DNA from: a candidate division FCPU426 bacterium
GTDB lineage: Bacteria > Oederibacteriota > Muellerivitia > Muellerivitales > Muellerivitaceae
Assembly: GCA_963796105.1 (NCBI GenBank)
Contig: CAWCKJ010000004.1
Span: forward strand, 1,152,001 to 1,216,000
Reading direction: 5' to 3'
Length of the DNA stretch: 64,000 nt
Every line of letters starts with the position of its first letter. Position 1 is the first letter of the stretch. A program made the translations under genes and the position numbers. The notes under the pieces are model-generated. The model saw nothing but the letters and a program-made list of their open reading frames with translations, was not told where the DNA came from and ran no database searches. Of this stretch, positions 10,724-21,557 are shown one piece after another.

Positions 10724-12172
10724 ATGCGACGGTTCATGGGCCCCAAGAGTATATTTCTAATCCTTTTTTCGGGAATGTGGCTGGCCGCGGCACCCTGCTG
10801 GCCGGCAGCCTCAGTAACGTCCCGGGCGACTTTCTCCTCGGTCACCGGAAAAGTGACGGTTCAACGTCCCCATAGCAAAAGGAAGAGAACAGTCCACGAG
10901 GGTTCCACGGCGCGGGAAGGCGACCGGGTCGCGGTAGGGAAAAATTCCTCGGCCACCCTGGTGATGTTCGACGGCTCCCAATTGGAGATCGGCAGCGAAT
11001 CCTCGTTTATCCTTTCCAAAATCCAAAAACCCTCCCTGCTGGACAAGATTTTGAAATTCAAGCTGCTGGTGGGCAAGGTGCTGGCCAGGGTCAAAAAGCT
11101 GGGTACGTCCCATTCCGCGTTCGAGATTTCAGCGGGGGGCGTGGTTTGCGGCGTCCGGGGCACTGTTTACCAGATGATTTACGATACGGAAGCCAAAACG
11201 GTGGACCTGAGCGTTTCCGAGGGGACGGTTTTTGCGCAGGTGAATGGGGGTCCCGTCACCGACTACAACGCGGGAAAGAATGTTAAATTGCAAAATGTTT
11301 TGGGATCAAATACCGGCAATGGCGCCGGCTGGGGCACTGGCAGTGCCGCCACCAGTGTCGCTAGTGTCGGAGCCAGCAACGTCGGCACTATCTTAGCCGG
11401 CGTCGCAATGAGCAATGCTGGCAACGCCAACGGCGCCGCCAATAACGCCACCACCGCCGTTGCCGCCCCTAATTCCAGTCCTAAACCAAAGATTGCCACT
11501 AACGGCCAGGCGCCTAATGGGCCCACCGCTAGTTCTGGGAACAACGGCGCACTCACCCTTACCGTGGCTGGCGGCAACCCCGGCAACCCCGCAGTGGTGT
11601 TCAGCGCTTCCAGCCCCGCAACCCTTAACGGCGTCATTCCCAGCGGCAGCCCCGGCAACCCCGCCGTCGTGTTCAGCGCGTCCAATCCCGCCACCCTTAC
11701 CGGCGTCATTCCCAGCGGCAGCCCCGGCAACCCCGCCGTCGTGTTCAGCGCGTCCAATCCCGCCACCCTTACCGGCGTTATTCCCGGCGGCAATCCCGGC
11801 AACCCTGCGGTGGTGTTCAGCGCTTCCAGCCCCGCCACCCTTACCGGCGTTATTCCCGGCGGCAACCCCGGCAATAACCCTCTCACCTTGAGCTTGACCA
11901 GCCCCGCCACCCTCACCTTGGTTGTCCCCGGAAATAACCCCGGCAGCAACACCTTCTCCCTTGATCTAACCAACTCCCCCGTTGTCATCAGCGGGGCGGG
12001 CGATAACACTCTTACGGTGTCCCCATTCAGTACCCTCGCGAATCCCGCGTTGGTTAGTTTGGACAACGCCTTCATGCAGGCGATCCTGGTGAACGGCCAA
12101 AATACCCTGAACATGGCAAACCAATACCAGGTCATCATCCTCCGGGTCGGCCCAGGCGAGGCGGTCCCATGA
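10724..12172 (+). CDS. Secreted FecR-domain protein with C-terminal 20-aa tandem repeats
   Basis: Signal peptide; FecR-like EGDRVAVG...DGSQL...GVRGT...VSEGTV; repeats GNPAVVFSASxPATLTGVIP. Confidence 0.75.
   Translation: MRRFMGPKSIFLILFSGMWLAAAPCWPAASVTSRATFSSVTGKVTVQRPHSKRKRTVHEGSTAREGDRVAVGKNSSATLVMFDGSQLEIGSESSFILSKIQKPSLLDKILKFKLLVGKVLARVKKLGTSHSAFEISAGGVVCGVRGTVYQMIYDTEAKTVDLSVSEGTVFAQVNGGPVTDYNAGKNVKLQNVLGSNTGNGAGWGTGSAATSVASVGASNVGTILAGVAMSNAGNANGAANNATTAVAAPNSSPKPKIATNGQAPNGPTASSGNNGALTLTVAGGNPGNPAVVFSASSPATLNGVIPSGSPGNPAVVFSASNPATLTGVIPSGSPGNPAVVFSASNPATLTGVIPGGNPGNPAVVFSASSPATLTGVIPGGNPGNNPLTLSLTSPATLTLVVPGNNPGSNTFSLDLTNSPVVISGAGDNTLTVSPFSTLANPALVSLDNAFMQAILVNGQNTLNMANQYQVIILRVGPGEAVP
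11571..11880 (+). repeat. Intragenic 60-bp tandem repeat (~5 copies)
   Basis: Repeated ggcaaccccgccgtcgtgttcagcgcgtccaatcccgccacccttaccggcgtcattcccagcggc-like units. Confidence 0.85.
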
Positions 12173-13293
12173 GGAACCGTACCCTTCCGACTCTCGGCCT
12201 TCTGGTATTTTTTATTTCGAACGGGGCCTTCGCGGGGCAGCTGGACTTGGGCGCCCAATATCAAACCTGGACCTCGAATTACGCTTCTCCCCTGGAGGGC
12301 CATGAAATCCTCACGCCTGTATTCCTTTCGCTGGATCCCTGGAGGGACGTCAATTTTTACGCCCAGGGCGAATACGCCGGCGGCCAATATACGGACCCTC
12401 TCGACGGCACCCAAAACCTCAGCGATATTTCCGATACGGTGGCCGGCGTGAAGGCCGGCTTCAAGAGTTTTTCCTGCCCCTCATTCGTGAACATCGGGGT
12501 CAACCTGCCAACGGGGAACCAGGTCTGGGAAAGCGAGACAAGGCTGGCCAATATCCCCGCCGATTTCGTGGACGACCGCTACCAGGGACGGGGGTTCGGC
12601 CTCAGCGGGATTTACGGTATCGCCCTGCCGGCCGGAGCGACCCAATACGGGCTGGGGGTGGGATACCTTTACACCGGGGCCTTCAACCCCAATTACGGGA
12701 CAGGCGCTCCCGCGGAGAATTTAAAGCTGGGCGACGCGATTTTCCTTTCCCTGAACCGGGTGACCACTTTCGCTTCCAATCAGGTACAGGCTATCACCGC
12801 CTCCGCCTACTTCAACCTGCCCACCCTTGAGCAAAACCAAAACTTCATCTGGATGGGGCCCAACTTGAACCTTTCCTACAGTTGGACCGATCCCAGGGCC
12901 TTTTCCCTCGGGGCCGGGGTGCAGTACTTCTTCCCGGGCCAAACATCCGTCAGCGGGCAGTGGGTGGCCGAGCCCCACGATTCCCTGGGGGCTCGGTTTT
13001 TCCTCGACCCCTCCTGGGCGATCGGTGATTTTCTTTTGGCGTGCCGCGTGAAATACGTCTTGGCCAACGGCTACGATCCAAGCCCCGAGGATCTCCTTTA
13101 CGACGGGGGAGGCATCCTTTTGGGGATCGCGCCTTCCTATAAGATCGCCTTGGACAGCCAATCGGCTTTCCTGCTTTCCGCCTCCTACGACTACATCACG
13201 GCCGACGGGGCCGCGGCAGATGCCCAGGGCAACCGAGTGAACGTCACCTACAACCGCTTGACGATGGGGGCCGATTATGAAATCAAACTATAA
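12169..13293 (+). CDS. Putative outer-membrane beta-barrel protein
   Basis: Signal peptide, alternating aromatic beta-strands, GVNLPTG, C-terminal [13 protein letters not shown] overlap with the upstream gene. Confidence 0.65.
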   Translation: MRNRTLPTLGLLVFFISNGAFAGQLDLGAQYQTWTSNYASPLEGHEILTPVFLSLDPWRDVNFYAQGEYAGGQYTDPLDGTQNLSDISDTVAGVKAGFKSFSCPSFVNIGVNLPTGNQVWESETRLANIPADFVDDRYQGRGFGLSGIYGIALPAGATQYGLGVGYLYTGAFNPNYGTGAPAENLKLGDAIFLSLNRVTTFASNQVQAITASAYFNLPTLEQNQNFIWMGPNLNLSYSWTDPRAFSLGAGVQYFFPGQTSVSGQWVAEPHDSLGARFFLDPSWAIGDFLLACRVKYVLANGYDPSPEDLLYDGGGILLGIAPSYKIALDSQSAFLLSASYDYITADGAAADAQGNRVNVTYNRLTMGADYEIKL

Positions 13294-16200
13294 CAGCCCC
13301 AAGCTTTGGGCCTCCCTCCTGGGATTTTTCGCCCTCGCCGGCTGTCACAATTCCGTGAATGCCCCTGTCGCACCCCTGAAGGGAACGAGCCTGTCCATCA
13401 GCCTGCCTGCCGCGTCCCTCGGCGGCTCGCTTTTGGGGACGGCGAGCAACGAGGTCTTTTGGAGAATCACCGGCCCGGCGATGCAGCCTCTCGCGGGAGT
13501 GGCCGGGCCTTTCACCACTCCGGGCAATTCGGGTTCGGTGAATTTCGCCCTTCCCGTGCCCTTGGGGCTTGACCGCCTGATTGCCCTCCAATTAAACGAC
13601 GCCGCCACCCACCAGCCCCTGGCCCTGGGCGCGGTCCTGGTGAATTACACCGCGCAGCCCTCGGGCCCGATCGTCGTGGACATGGGGTCGGTGGTCCGGA
13701 ATTGCTACGACATCAATACGGCCCTGTACGGCGACGGGTCCTACTTCGCCTTCCAGAGCGACGCCCTGGCGGACGCGGCCACCGTGGTTTCTTCCACGGG
13801 ATACGATGTGGATTTCTTTCCGGTTACAAACGGATCGCTGGTAGGCTTCCAAATGAACGCCTTGAATTCGGACACCGTGGCTTACATGGGCAACGGCGAC
13901 CTGGCGTATTTCGCGGAAGCGCCTTCCGCTGGCTATGGGGCTTCTTCCTCCACGGTCAAACAAGCGGCGGGGGCTCCCATGACGCTTCTTCAAGCGGGGG
14001 ACGTTTATTGCGTGAAGCTGGCCGGGGGCGGGCATTCCTGGCTTCAGATCATTAACCCGGGTTCGGCCGCGGTGGGCCCCTCCTTCCGGTTCAGGGTGAA
14101 CACCACGGTGCCTTATTACGCCTATGAGCAGACGACGGCGGACAAATCGGGTAATTGTCTCGCGCCCCTTCCCACCGCGACCTTCACCTTCACTTTGACA
14201 CCGACCTCGACCCCAACACCGACTTCCACCAACACCCCGACGATATCACCGACCCCGACCGTGACAAACTCGCCGACCGATACCGCCACACAGACACCTA
14301 CCCGGACCCAGACGAACACGCCGACAATTACTCCCACCCCGACGGTTACCCCAACACCGACGGTCACGGACACATTTACGCAAACTTCATCACCGACCGC
14401 CACCGGCACGGCAACTCCCACCCCGTCCCAGACCAACACTACTACCCTTACGTCCACCCCCAACAACACCTTGACGGCAACGTTCACGCCTATCCTTACC
14501 GTAACGAGCACGCCTACTATCTCACCGACAGTCACCCCGTCTCCGACTGTGACAGCTTCACCGACCATTACCACCGTCTCCGGCGGGGGAATCACCGTTT
14601 CCGGTTCGGTAACTTACACGGGTGGCGGCGTTAATTCCATCCAAGGTCTTTGGATCATCTTATTGGCCGCGGGGGGAGGCGCCTCGCAGGTGGATACGGC
14701 GGTTTTTGTCAACAATGGACCATACACCCTGGTCTCGACGGCCGGGTCCTACAACCTCATGGCCTTTTACGATGAAATAAGCGGATATAAAGGCGGACCC
14801 TTGCCGAACGAACCCTATGGCGGTTATTACCAAGGGGGAGGCAACGGACTATTGGCTTGCCCCCTGCCGTCAAGTCCCGCAATCACAGGTTCGGTGAGCA
14901 ACCTGGCGCTTACCATGACGGGTGCTTGCGGTGGCCTGAGCCCCACGCCCATCATCACTCCCATTCCAATCTTCACGCCCACCAGTACTCCCGGCGGGGC
15001 CGTCACCGTCTCCGGTACGGTCTTTACTTCGGGCGATACGGGGGGCAGCCTTTGGGTGTTTATGGTACCCGTCAGCGGCGGGGCCACGCAGGTGTATGAA
15101 ACGGTCCCGGTGGACGGGGCGCCTTTTACCCTCGTCTCGACGGCCGGCTCCTACAACTTGCTGGCTTTTTACGATTATTTGAACCAGTATGACAACGGAG
15201 GCAACATTCCCACGGGATTACCGTACGATTATTATCAGGGAACCCTCCCTTCAAACCTTACCCCGGTTTGTACCCCGCCCGCCAGCCCCCTCATCACGGG
15301 TTCGGTGAGCGGCTTGGCCCTTACCATCGTGCAAGGGGTTTGCTACGCCAATACCCAAACTCCCCTCATTACTCCCCTCCCCACGGGAACACCGTCTTTC
15401 ACCCTGACGCCCACGCCCACCTTCTCTGTCACACCCACGGTGACCGCCACTAACACCCTAGGCCCCGGGGACATCATCACAGTGGCGGGCAATGGGACGA
15501 ATGGTTCCGTGGGAGACGGCGGGAAAGCGGTTACTGCCGAGCTGAGTAACCCAGTAGGGATCGCGGTGGATTCCTCGGGTAACCTCTATATCGCGGACAC
15601 TTTAAACAACCGGATCCGGAAGGTGGACACGAGCGGAAACATCTCGACGGTGGCGGGCAACGGAACGGCGGGATATACGGGCGACGGAGGTTCGGCCACC
15701 TCGGCGGAGATTTTCCAACCCTGGGGAGTCGCAGTGGATTCTTTGGGAAACCTTTATATTTCCGACTGGCAAGACAATGTCGTAAGGGAGGTCTCGGGAG
15801 GGACCATCAACACCGTCGCGGGCTACTACACTACCCCGGCCTGCGCTTCCAATTGGACGGGTTTCCAGGGTGACGGCGGGCCGGCCACATGCGCCGAGCT
15901 TCAATACTCCACCGGGATCGCCGTTGACTCCTTGGCCAACCTCTATATCGGGGACACCAATGACCGCCGGATCCGCGAGGTCTCAAGTGGGATCATCAAC
16001 ACCATTGCCGGCGGAGGCTATGGTTCCGGATTCACCGACGGCGAAGCGGCCACCCTCGCGGGCATGTCGGGCCCCTATGGGGTGGCGGTGGACTCCTCTT
16101 CCAACATCTACATTTCCGACTTATCCTCCTACCAAATCTATGAAGTTTCTGGCGGGAATATATCGCTTTTGGCGGGCACCGGGTTACAGGGTTACTCGGG

Positions 16201-16513
16201 CGACGGGGGGCCAGGCACCTCGGCGGAGCTGGACAGCCCCAGGGGAATCGCGGTGGATTCCTCCGGCAACGTCTATTTCGCGGATGATTACAACCACGTG
16301 ATCCGGAGGATCAGCGGCGGCAACATCTCGACTTTTGCGGGTTCGTCCACCATCGTGGGAAGCACCACCTACGGCGTGGCAGGCTATACGGGCGACGGCG
16401 GGCCGGCCACCTCCGCCACGCTGAATTATCCCTCGGGTGTCGCCGTGGATTCCTCCGGAAACCTCTATATCGCGGATACCAGCAACAACGTGATCCGCAA
16501 GGTGCTCCATTGA
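13277..16513 (+). CDS. Lipoprotein with Thr/Pro stalk, two duplicated Ig-like domains and C-terminal NHL (teneurin-like) repeats
   Basis: Lipobox LAGC; repeated [14 protein letters not shown]..[21 protein letters not shown]; duplicated [16 protein letters not shown]...ITGSVSxLALT. Confidence 0.85.
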   Translation: MKSNYNSPKLWASLLGFFALAGCHNSVNAPVAPLKGTSLSISLPAASLGGSLLGTASNEVFWRITGPAMQPLAGVAGPFTTPGNSGSVNFALPVPLGLDRLIALQLNDAATHQPLALGAVLVNYTAQPSGPIVVDMGSVVRNCYDINTALYGDGSYFAFQSDALADAATVVSSTGYDVDFFPVTNGSLVGFQMNALNSDTVAYMGNGDLAYFAEAPSAGYGASSSTVKQAAGAPMTLLQAGDVYCVKLAGGGHSWLQIINPGSAAVGPSFRFRVNTTVPYYAYEQTTADKSGNCLAPLPTATFTFTLTPTSTPTPTSTNTPTISPTPTVTNSPTDTATQTPTRTQTNTPTITPTPTVTPTPTVTDTFTQTSSPTATGTATPTPSQTNTTTLTSTPNNTLTATFTPILTVTSTPTISPTVTPSPTVTASPTITTVSGGGITVSGSVTYTGGGVNSIQGLWIILLAAGGGASQVDTAVFVNNGPYTLVSTAGSYNLMAFYDEISGYKGGPLPNEPYGGYYQGGGNGLLACPLPSSPAITGSVSNLALTMTGACGGLSPTPIITPIPIFTPTSTPGGAVTVSGTVFTSGDTGGSLWVFMVPVSGGATQVYETVPVDGAPFTLVSTAGSYNLLAFYDYLNQYDNGGNIPTGLPYDYYQGTLPSNLTPVCTPPASPLITGSVSGLALTIVQGVCYANTQTPLITPLPTGTPSFTLTPTPTFSVTPTVTATNTLGPGDIITVAGNGTNGSVGDGGKAVTAELSNPVGIAVDSSGNLYIADTLNNRIRKVDTSGNISTVAGNGTAGYTGDGGSATSAEIFQPWGVAVDSLGNLYISDWQDNVVREVSGGTINTVAGYYTTPACASNWTGFQGDGGPATCAELQYSTGIAVDSLANLYIGDTNDRRIREVSSGIINTIAGGGYGSGFTDGEAATLAGMSGPYGVAVDSSSNIYISDLSSYQIYEVSGGNISLLAGTGLQGYSGDGGPGTSAELDSPRGIAVDSSGNVYFADDYNHVIRRISGGNISTFAGSSTIVGSTTYGVAGYTGDGGPATSATLNYPSGVAVDSSGNLYIADTSNNVIRKVLH

Positions 16514-16777
16514 GGCCCGGCCAGGCCCGTTTTGAGTCCGTTGTTATCTAAGATACCTAAGGGCATCGCGGTAGATGGACTGGGATATATTTACGTGGCC
16601 AACATTATGGCCAGCCCAAGCTCGGGAAACGTGAAGAAGTTCAACCCGCGATAATCCTCATGCTGGAATCATGGTTTTTCTCAGGACAGAGACTTTCTTT
16701 GTCGGCCTTCTTATGCTCTTGAATTTCCCCTTCGGCTATAAAATCGCTCGCGCCGGCACCGGAACCGATCAATCCTC

Positions 16778-16824
16778 TTGATATTCATGGATATATCCAC
16801 TATTGATATATCCATGAATATCAA
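16778..16824. promoter_or_regulatory. Perfect 20-bp inverted repeat, probable MarR operator
   Basis: TTGATATTCATGGATATATC-cactatt-GATATATCCATGAATATCAA overlapping the marR start. Confidence 0.8.
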
Positions 16825-17305
16825 TTTTCTTCCGACCCACCCCGATCTTCTCCTTCTGGAGGATTTCGCCCGTTTCCGGCGGGCCCTGAACCTCCATTTC
16901 TCCAACGCCCTCAGGCCCCTGGGCTTGGGGGTCAAGCAGGCCTCCCTTTTGCGTTTTCTCGCCAAGAGGGGCAAGGCCTCGCTGGCCGAGCTTTCCCGCG
17001 ACACCTTGACCGATCCCGCGGCCATGACCCGTTTAGTGAACGTCCTGCTGGAGGGGGGGCTCGTGAGCCAGAAGGCGCATCCCACGGACAAGAGGCGCTG
17101 GGTGCTGGCCCTGACGCCCCGGGGAGAAAAGCTGACCCAGCGGGTCGAGGGGGTTTACCTGCGGCTTTCCGAAGGCTCCCTGAAGGTCCTTTCCACAGCG
17201 GAAAAAACCAGGTTTTCGAACATCCTGAAAAAACTTTTCCAGCATCTTTCGAGGGAAAAAATCACGGCCTTGCCGTCGAATGAACCATCCGGGAGGAAAG
17301 AATGA
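16814..17305 (+). CDS. MarR family transcriptional regulator
   Basis: SLAELSRDTLTDPAAMTRLVNVL wHTH and DKRRWVLALTPRG. Start uncertain (16787 or 16814). Confidence 0.9.
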   Translation: MNINFLPTHPDLLLLEDFARFRRALNLHFSNALRPLGLGVKQASLLRFLAKRGKASLAELSRDTLTDPAAMTRLVNVLLEGGLVSQKAHPTDKRRWVLALTPRGEKLTQRVEGVYLRLSEGSLKVLSTAEKTRFSNILKKLFQHLSREKITALPSNEPSGRKE

Positions 17306-18174
17306 CTTACCCTACAGCTAAAATGCAGGAAGGGAATACCGAGGCCCTTCACTTAACCGTCCAAAAACGCTGGTGGCGGTCGAAGCTGTCGAAAAACACG
17401 GGTTTGGCTTTTTTGGCGGCGGTGTTGGCCTGTTTGGTGGTTTGGTTTTACGCCTTCCGGCCTTATGTCTCCACCGATGACGCCAGGGTGGCCGAGGACC
17501 TCGTGCGCATCGCCCCCGACGGGGTGGGGGGGACCCTCTTGAAGATCAACGCGGCCGAGGGGGACCGTGTCTCCAAAGGCCAGGTTTTGGCCGAACTGGA
17601 CCACAGCGTTTACCAGTTCCAACTCATGAAGGCCCAGGCGCGCGCGACCCTGGCAAAAACCGATTCCGCCCGCGCCGACCGGCTTTACCAGCAGGGCGCC
17701 CTGGCGGCCCGGGAGGAGCAATCCGCCCAAACCAACTCCCAGGCGGCGCAAGCCGACCTGCAGCTGGCCCAGAACGCCTTGGACCATACCTACCTGAAAA
17801 GCCCCGTGGACGGCGTCGTGGTTGAAAAGATAGGCGTCGAGGGGAACCTGATGGAATCGGGCCAGGTCGCCCTGGTGGTGGCGGACGTGGACCACGCCTG
17901 GGTTTCGGCCAACATCCAGGAAACCAACGTGGGCGAGGTTAAGGTTGGCCAGCCGGTCAAGATCCACGTGGACGAGGGTGAGGACTTGACGGGCAAGGTC
18001 CTGGAAGTGACGGTTGCCACCGCCTCCCAGTTCGCCCTGCTCCCGGCCGAGAACGCCTCAGGTAATTACATCAAGCTGGTCCAACGCATCCCCATCAAGG
18101 TGGCCCTGGACCCCCATCCGGGCCGCGTCCTGAAGGCGGGGCAATCGGTTGAAATAAAAATCAAGGTCAACTGA
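17302..18174 (+). CDS. emrA: HlyD/EmrA family efflux periplasmic adaptor
   Basis: STDDARV, EGDRVSKGQVL, FALLPAENASGNYIKLVQRIPIK signature. Confidence 0.9.
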   Translation: MTYPTAKMQEGNTEALHLTVQKRWWRSKLSKNTGLAFLAAVLACLVVWFYAFRPYVSTDDARVAEDLVRIAPDGVGGTLLKINAAEGDRVSKGQVLAELDHSVYQFQLMKAQARATLAKTDSARADRLYQQGALAAREEQSAQTNSQAAQADLQLAQNALDHTYLKSPVDGVVVEKIGVEGNLMESGQVALVVADVDHAWVSANIQETNVGEVKVGQPVKIHVDEGEDLTGKVLEVTVATASQFALLPAENASGNYIKLVQRIPIKVALDPHPGRVLKAGQSVEIKIKVN

Positions 18175-19751
18175 TGCCGAACACGCACGGTGTTTCCGGC
18201 ACCGCCTATAAATGGGAAGTCCTGGGGGTCGTCATGATCGGCACGCTCATGGCCGCCTTGGACCAGAACGTCGTGAATGTTTCCCTCCCCGACATCATGG
18301 CCGACTTCGGCTCCCCTGTGAACGATATTGAGTGGGTCATCACGGGTTACATGCTGGCTTTCGCCACCCTGATGCCCTTGACGGCCTGGCTGCGGGAGCA
18401 CATCGGCTACAAGCGGCTTTACGTGGCGAGCCTGTTCGTCTTCACCATTGGATCCCTCATCTGCGCGATGGCTTGGAACCTTCCTTCCCTGGTGGCGGCC
18501 CGCGTTCTCCAGGCCCTGGGCGGGGGCGCCATTACCCCCACCGGCATGGCCATGATCACCGAGGTTTTCGAGCCGCGCGAGAGGGGAAAGGCCATCGGTT
18601 ACTGGGGGGTCGGCGTCATCATCGGGCCGGCATTCGGTCCGACCCTGGGGGGCTACCTGACCGATTATTTCGGATGGAGGTCCATTTTCACGGTTAATCT
18701 GCCGGTAGGCATCATCGGCATTCTCCTGGCCCTGGCGCTTTTGCGGGAGGACAAACCCTCCGAGCATTCCCACAAGCATCCCTTCGACATGGCGGGCTTC
18801 CTTTTCCTGTCGGTGTTCCTCGTGTCGTTCCTGCTGGCCCTGAGCAAGGGGGAGGAAAAAGGGTGGTTCTCCTCCTTCATTTACACCTGCTGGGGTTTGT
18901 CGATCACGGGTTTCCTTGGTTTCCTGCTGGTGGAAACCCTCACGCCCCACGGCATCATGGACATCAGGCTCTTCAAGTCCCCGGTCTATTCAGCCTGCAT
19001 GATGGTGGTGTCCGCCCGGTCCCTGGCCCTTTTCGGGGGGACTTTTCTCCTCCCGCTTTTCCTCCAGCAAATCATGGGCTTCAACGAGATTGACAGCGGC
19101 TTGATCCTGCTTCCGGGAGCCTTGGCCGCCGCCCTGTGCATGCCCTTCGCGGGCAAGCTCACCGACCGTGTCGGGCCGATCTGGCCGTCCCTCGCCGGGC
19201 TGGTGAGCATCGCCTATTTCATGTGGTCGTACCGGTTATTGGACATCAATACGAGCATTTGGAACGTAGTCTGGCCCACCCTCATCCGGGGCGCGGGTAT
19301 CGCCCTGTTGATCACCCCGGTCATGGTGACGGCCTTGAACAGCATTCCCAAACAAAAGGCGGGAATGGCCTCCTCCATGCTGAGCCTGATCCAACAGGTG
19401 TCCGGTTCCATTGGAATAGGGATTTTGGGGGCGGTCTTGGACCACCGGATGGTTTTCCACCAGGGTTTGGCGGCCTCCACCTGGAGCCCGGTCACCCCGG
19501 CTTCCCAGGCGGCATTCTTGAATATGGCCGGAAGGCTTCATGACCTGGGCCTTTCCCATGCCGATTCCCTTCGGGGGGCGGGAGTTGTCGTAGCCCGGGC
19601 GATTTTCAAAATGACCGCTGTATCTGCCTACGAGGATGCGTTCCTTGTCGGCGCCGTCATCGTGTTGTTGGCTTTCCTGCCCGCGTTTCTCCTGCCCTCT
19701 AAAAACATGTACAGAACGGAAAAATCAGACAGCATCGCTGTGTCGGATTAA
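18174..19751 (+). CDS. emrB: DHA2/EmrB family MFS efflux permease
   Basis: LDQNVVNVSLP, WVITGYMLA, GPTLGGYLTDYFGWRSIFTVNLPVG; 14-TM pattern. Confidence 0.92.
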   Translation: MPNTHGVSGTAYKWEVLGVVMIGTLMAALDQNVVNVSLPDIMADFGSPVNDIEWVITGYMLAFATLMPLTAWLREHIGYKRLYVASLFVFTIGSLICAMAWNLPSLVAARVLQALGGGAITPTGMAMITEVFEPRERGKAIGYWGVGVIIGPAFGPTLGGYLTDYFGWRSIFTVNLPVGIIGILLALALLREDKPSEHSHKHPFDMAGFLFLSVFLVSFLLALSKGEEKGWFSSFIYTCWGLSITGFLGFLLVETLTPHGIMDIRLFKSPVYSACMMVVSARSLALFGGTFLLPLFLQQIMGFNEIDSGLILLPGALAAALCMPFAGKLTDRVGPIWPSLAGLVSIAYFMWSYRLLDINTSIWNVVWPTLIRGAGIALLITPVMVTALNSIPKQKAGMASSMLSLIQQVSGSIGIGILGAVLDHRMVFHQGLAASTWSPVTPASQAAFLNMAGRLHDLGLSHADSLRGAGVVVARAIFKMTAVSAYEDAFLVGAVIVLLAFLPAFLLPSKNMYRTEKSDSIAVSD

Positions 19752-19809
19752 ATCCATAGGTTGAAACCGGGTTTATAATAAAACCCAATCTTTTAGTCTG
19801 GGAGGTTCT

Positions 19810-20487
19810 ATGAAAACTCTTTGCGTCTTCCTATGGTTGGCTTTCCTATTCCCGGCGGTTTACGTCCCGTCTGCTTCGTCGGCGGATGGGACCGTGGTCT
19901 CGCTACCGGCGCCCAAGACCGACGGCAAAGTGTCTCTCGAAAAGGCGCTTCAAACTCGCCGGTCCCTTCGGGAATTCTCCGCGAAACCGCTCACCCTGGC
20001 TGAAGTCGGACAGCTTTGCTGGGCCGCGCAGGGAACCACCGACTCGAATGGACACCGCACCGCGCCCTCTGCCAAGGCTCTCTATCCCCTCGAGCTTTAT
20101 GTCATCGCGGCCTCGGTAGAGGGGGTACCGTCCGGCTTTTACCATTACGAGACCGTCGGACATTCCCTTAAGGCGGTCAAAACCGGTGAGGTGCGGGACG
20201 AGTTCGTGAGCAAAGCCATCGGACAAACTTGGATATCTCAGGCCCCGGCTGTCTTTGTCATTACGGGGAAAGCCTCGAAAATGGAAGGCATCAAGGACCG
20301 CGGGAAGCAATTCATGGCCGTTGAGACGGGTCTCGCAGCGCAGGGATTGCTCCTGGAGGAAACAGCCCTAGGTCTTGGCGGCACTTTTGTCGGGGGTTTT
20401 GACCCGCCCAAGGCCCACGCGGTACTAGGCCTCCCGGCCGGGGAAGAGGTGTTGGCCGTGCTCCCAACGGGGAATAAACCCAAGTAG
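19810..20487 (+). CDS. SagB/ThcOx-type nitroreductase family protein with signal peptide
   Basis: RRSLREF, RTAPSAKALYPLELY, ETGLAAQ...LGLGGTFVGGF. Confidence 0.88.
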   Translation: MKTLCVFLWLAFLFPAVYVPSASSADGTVVSLPAPKTDGKVSLEKALQTRRSLREFSAKPLTLAEVGQLCWAAQGTTDSNGHRTAPSAKALYPLELYVIAASVEGVPSGFYHYETVGHSLKAVKTGEVRDEFVSKAIGQTWISQAPAVFVITGKASKMEGIKDRGKQFMAVETGLAAQGLLLEETALGLGGTFVGGFDPPKAHAVLGLPAGEEVLAVLPTGNKPK

Positions 20488-20595
20488 AACAGGCAATCGG
20501 CTTAGGTCTCCCCAGGTTATGATGGTGTCAGGTCAAAAATGAATAACCTTACTCGACTTTGGCAAATTTTGAAAAGAATGTTCCTGGTGATGATA

Positions 20596-20698
20596 ATTCC
20601 CCCCTTTGAAAAAAGGGGGGGGAAGGGGGTATTAGCCGTTGTCAGAACGTTACGGAAAAACTAACTTCCCCTTTTTCCCCCTCTTTCAGAGGGGGATA
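20596..20698. repeat. REP/MITE-like multi-hairpin element
   Basis: CCCCCCTTT-GAAA-AAAGGGGGG and CCCCCTCT-TTC-AGAGGGGG hairpins flanking the imperfectly complementary GGAAGGGGGTATTAG / CTAACTTCCCCTTTTTCC. Confidence 0.55.
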
Positions 20699-21211
20699 CG
20701 CGAGTTAACTCGCGTTTTTCCAAAGTCGAGTAACATTATTAAAACAGGCAGGTCCAATCCATTCCTAGGTTTTCTTTTTTGCACTGGGCTGGCGCTGGGC
20801 CTGGGTGGCTGTAGTTTCACCCTTCTTTATGAATACCCAGCGGTGGAAAGAAAATTCGACTCCCAATCATCCCTGCCCGCCCTTCAGCCCAATGAGGTTT
20901 ACTTCTTCCTGGCAAAGGAAAATTTCCCCGCTGACCTTCAATCGCTCCCGGTGGGAACCCTCACGACACCCCCGAATTCCCAATGGACTTACAACAAGCT
21001 CGTTTCGGAATTCCAGAAGAAAGCCGCTGAAATGGGGGCCAACGCGGTGGTGTTTGAAAAGGTCGAGAAGGACAAGCTGGAATATGGTTTCCTGTACTAC
21101 AAGGGCTTCGCCACGGTTTACCGGCTTTACAAACAGGAACCCGTGGAGGATGTCGATTTAAGCTCCTCCCCAAACGGGACCCAAATGCCTAATTTGCAAA
21201 TGGTAAAATAA
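20639..21211 (+). CDS. Hypothetical lipoprotein (YbjQ/DUF4156-like motif); true start is probably downstream
   Basis: Lipobox LGGC; FQKKAAEMGANAVV. The ORF 5' end overlaps the hairpin element. Confidence 0.6.
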   Translation: MSERYGKTNFPFFPLFQRGIRELTRVFPKSSNIIKTGRSNPFLGFLFCTGLALGLGGCSFTLLYEYPAVERKFDSQSSLPALQPNEVYFFLAKENFPADLQSLPVGTLTTPPNSQWTYNKLVSEFQKKAAEMGANAVVFEKVEKDKLEYGFLYYKGFATVYRLYKQEPVEDVDLSSSPNGTQMPNLQMVK

Positions 21212-21285
21212 AAGATGGGGCAGATCTATAAGAACTGAAACGAAGCGGGATCCGTGGGCAGGGACATCAAGCGGCAGGCCTCTGC

Positions 21286-21337
21286 TTGACCCTTTCCCAG
21301 GGGTTACATATAATCGATGCATATAAACAATATGCAT
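21286..21337 (+). promoter_or_regulatory. Sigma70 promoter and palindromic operator of vapBC
   Basis: TTGACC-17bp-TATAAT (21286-21314), then ATGCATAT-aaaca-ATATGCAT (21317-21337) and AAGGAG RBS. Confidence 0.8.
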
Positions 21338-21350
21338 TAAGGAGCATCCC

Positions 21351-21557
21351 GTGCGAACTACCCTGGAACTTTCAAATCATTTGATCAAGGAACTCATGTC
21401 CGTCGAAAAGTGGCCTTCCAAAACCCAGGCCATTGAGACGGCTATCGAGGATTTCGTCCGCCGAAAGAGACTTGATAATCTTATTTCCGCGAGGGGACGC
21501 TTAAAAGTGAGGGATGTTTCAGTTGAATTGAGGAAGATGGAACTTCATGCCCGCTGA
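21351..21557 (+). CDS. vapB: VapB-type (RHH) antitoxin
   Basis: MRTTLEL...SKTQAIETAIEDFVRR; overlaps the PIN gene. Confidence 0.85.
   Translation: MRTTLELSNHLIKELMSVEKWPSKTQAIETAIEDFVRRKRLDNLISARGRLKVRDVSVELRKMELHAR

Noticed and set aside
19810..20487. RiPP (azole) biosynthetic cluster suggested by the SagB-like gene
   Set aside because: No YcaO, E1-like protein or precursor peptide nearby; stand-alone members of this family are common.
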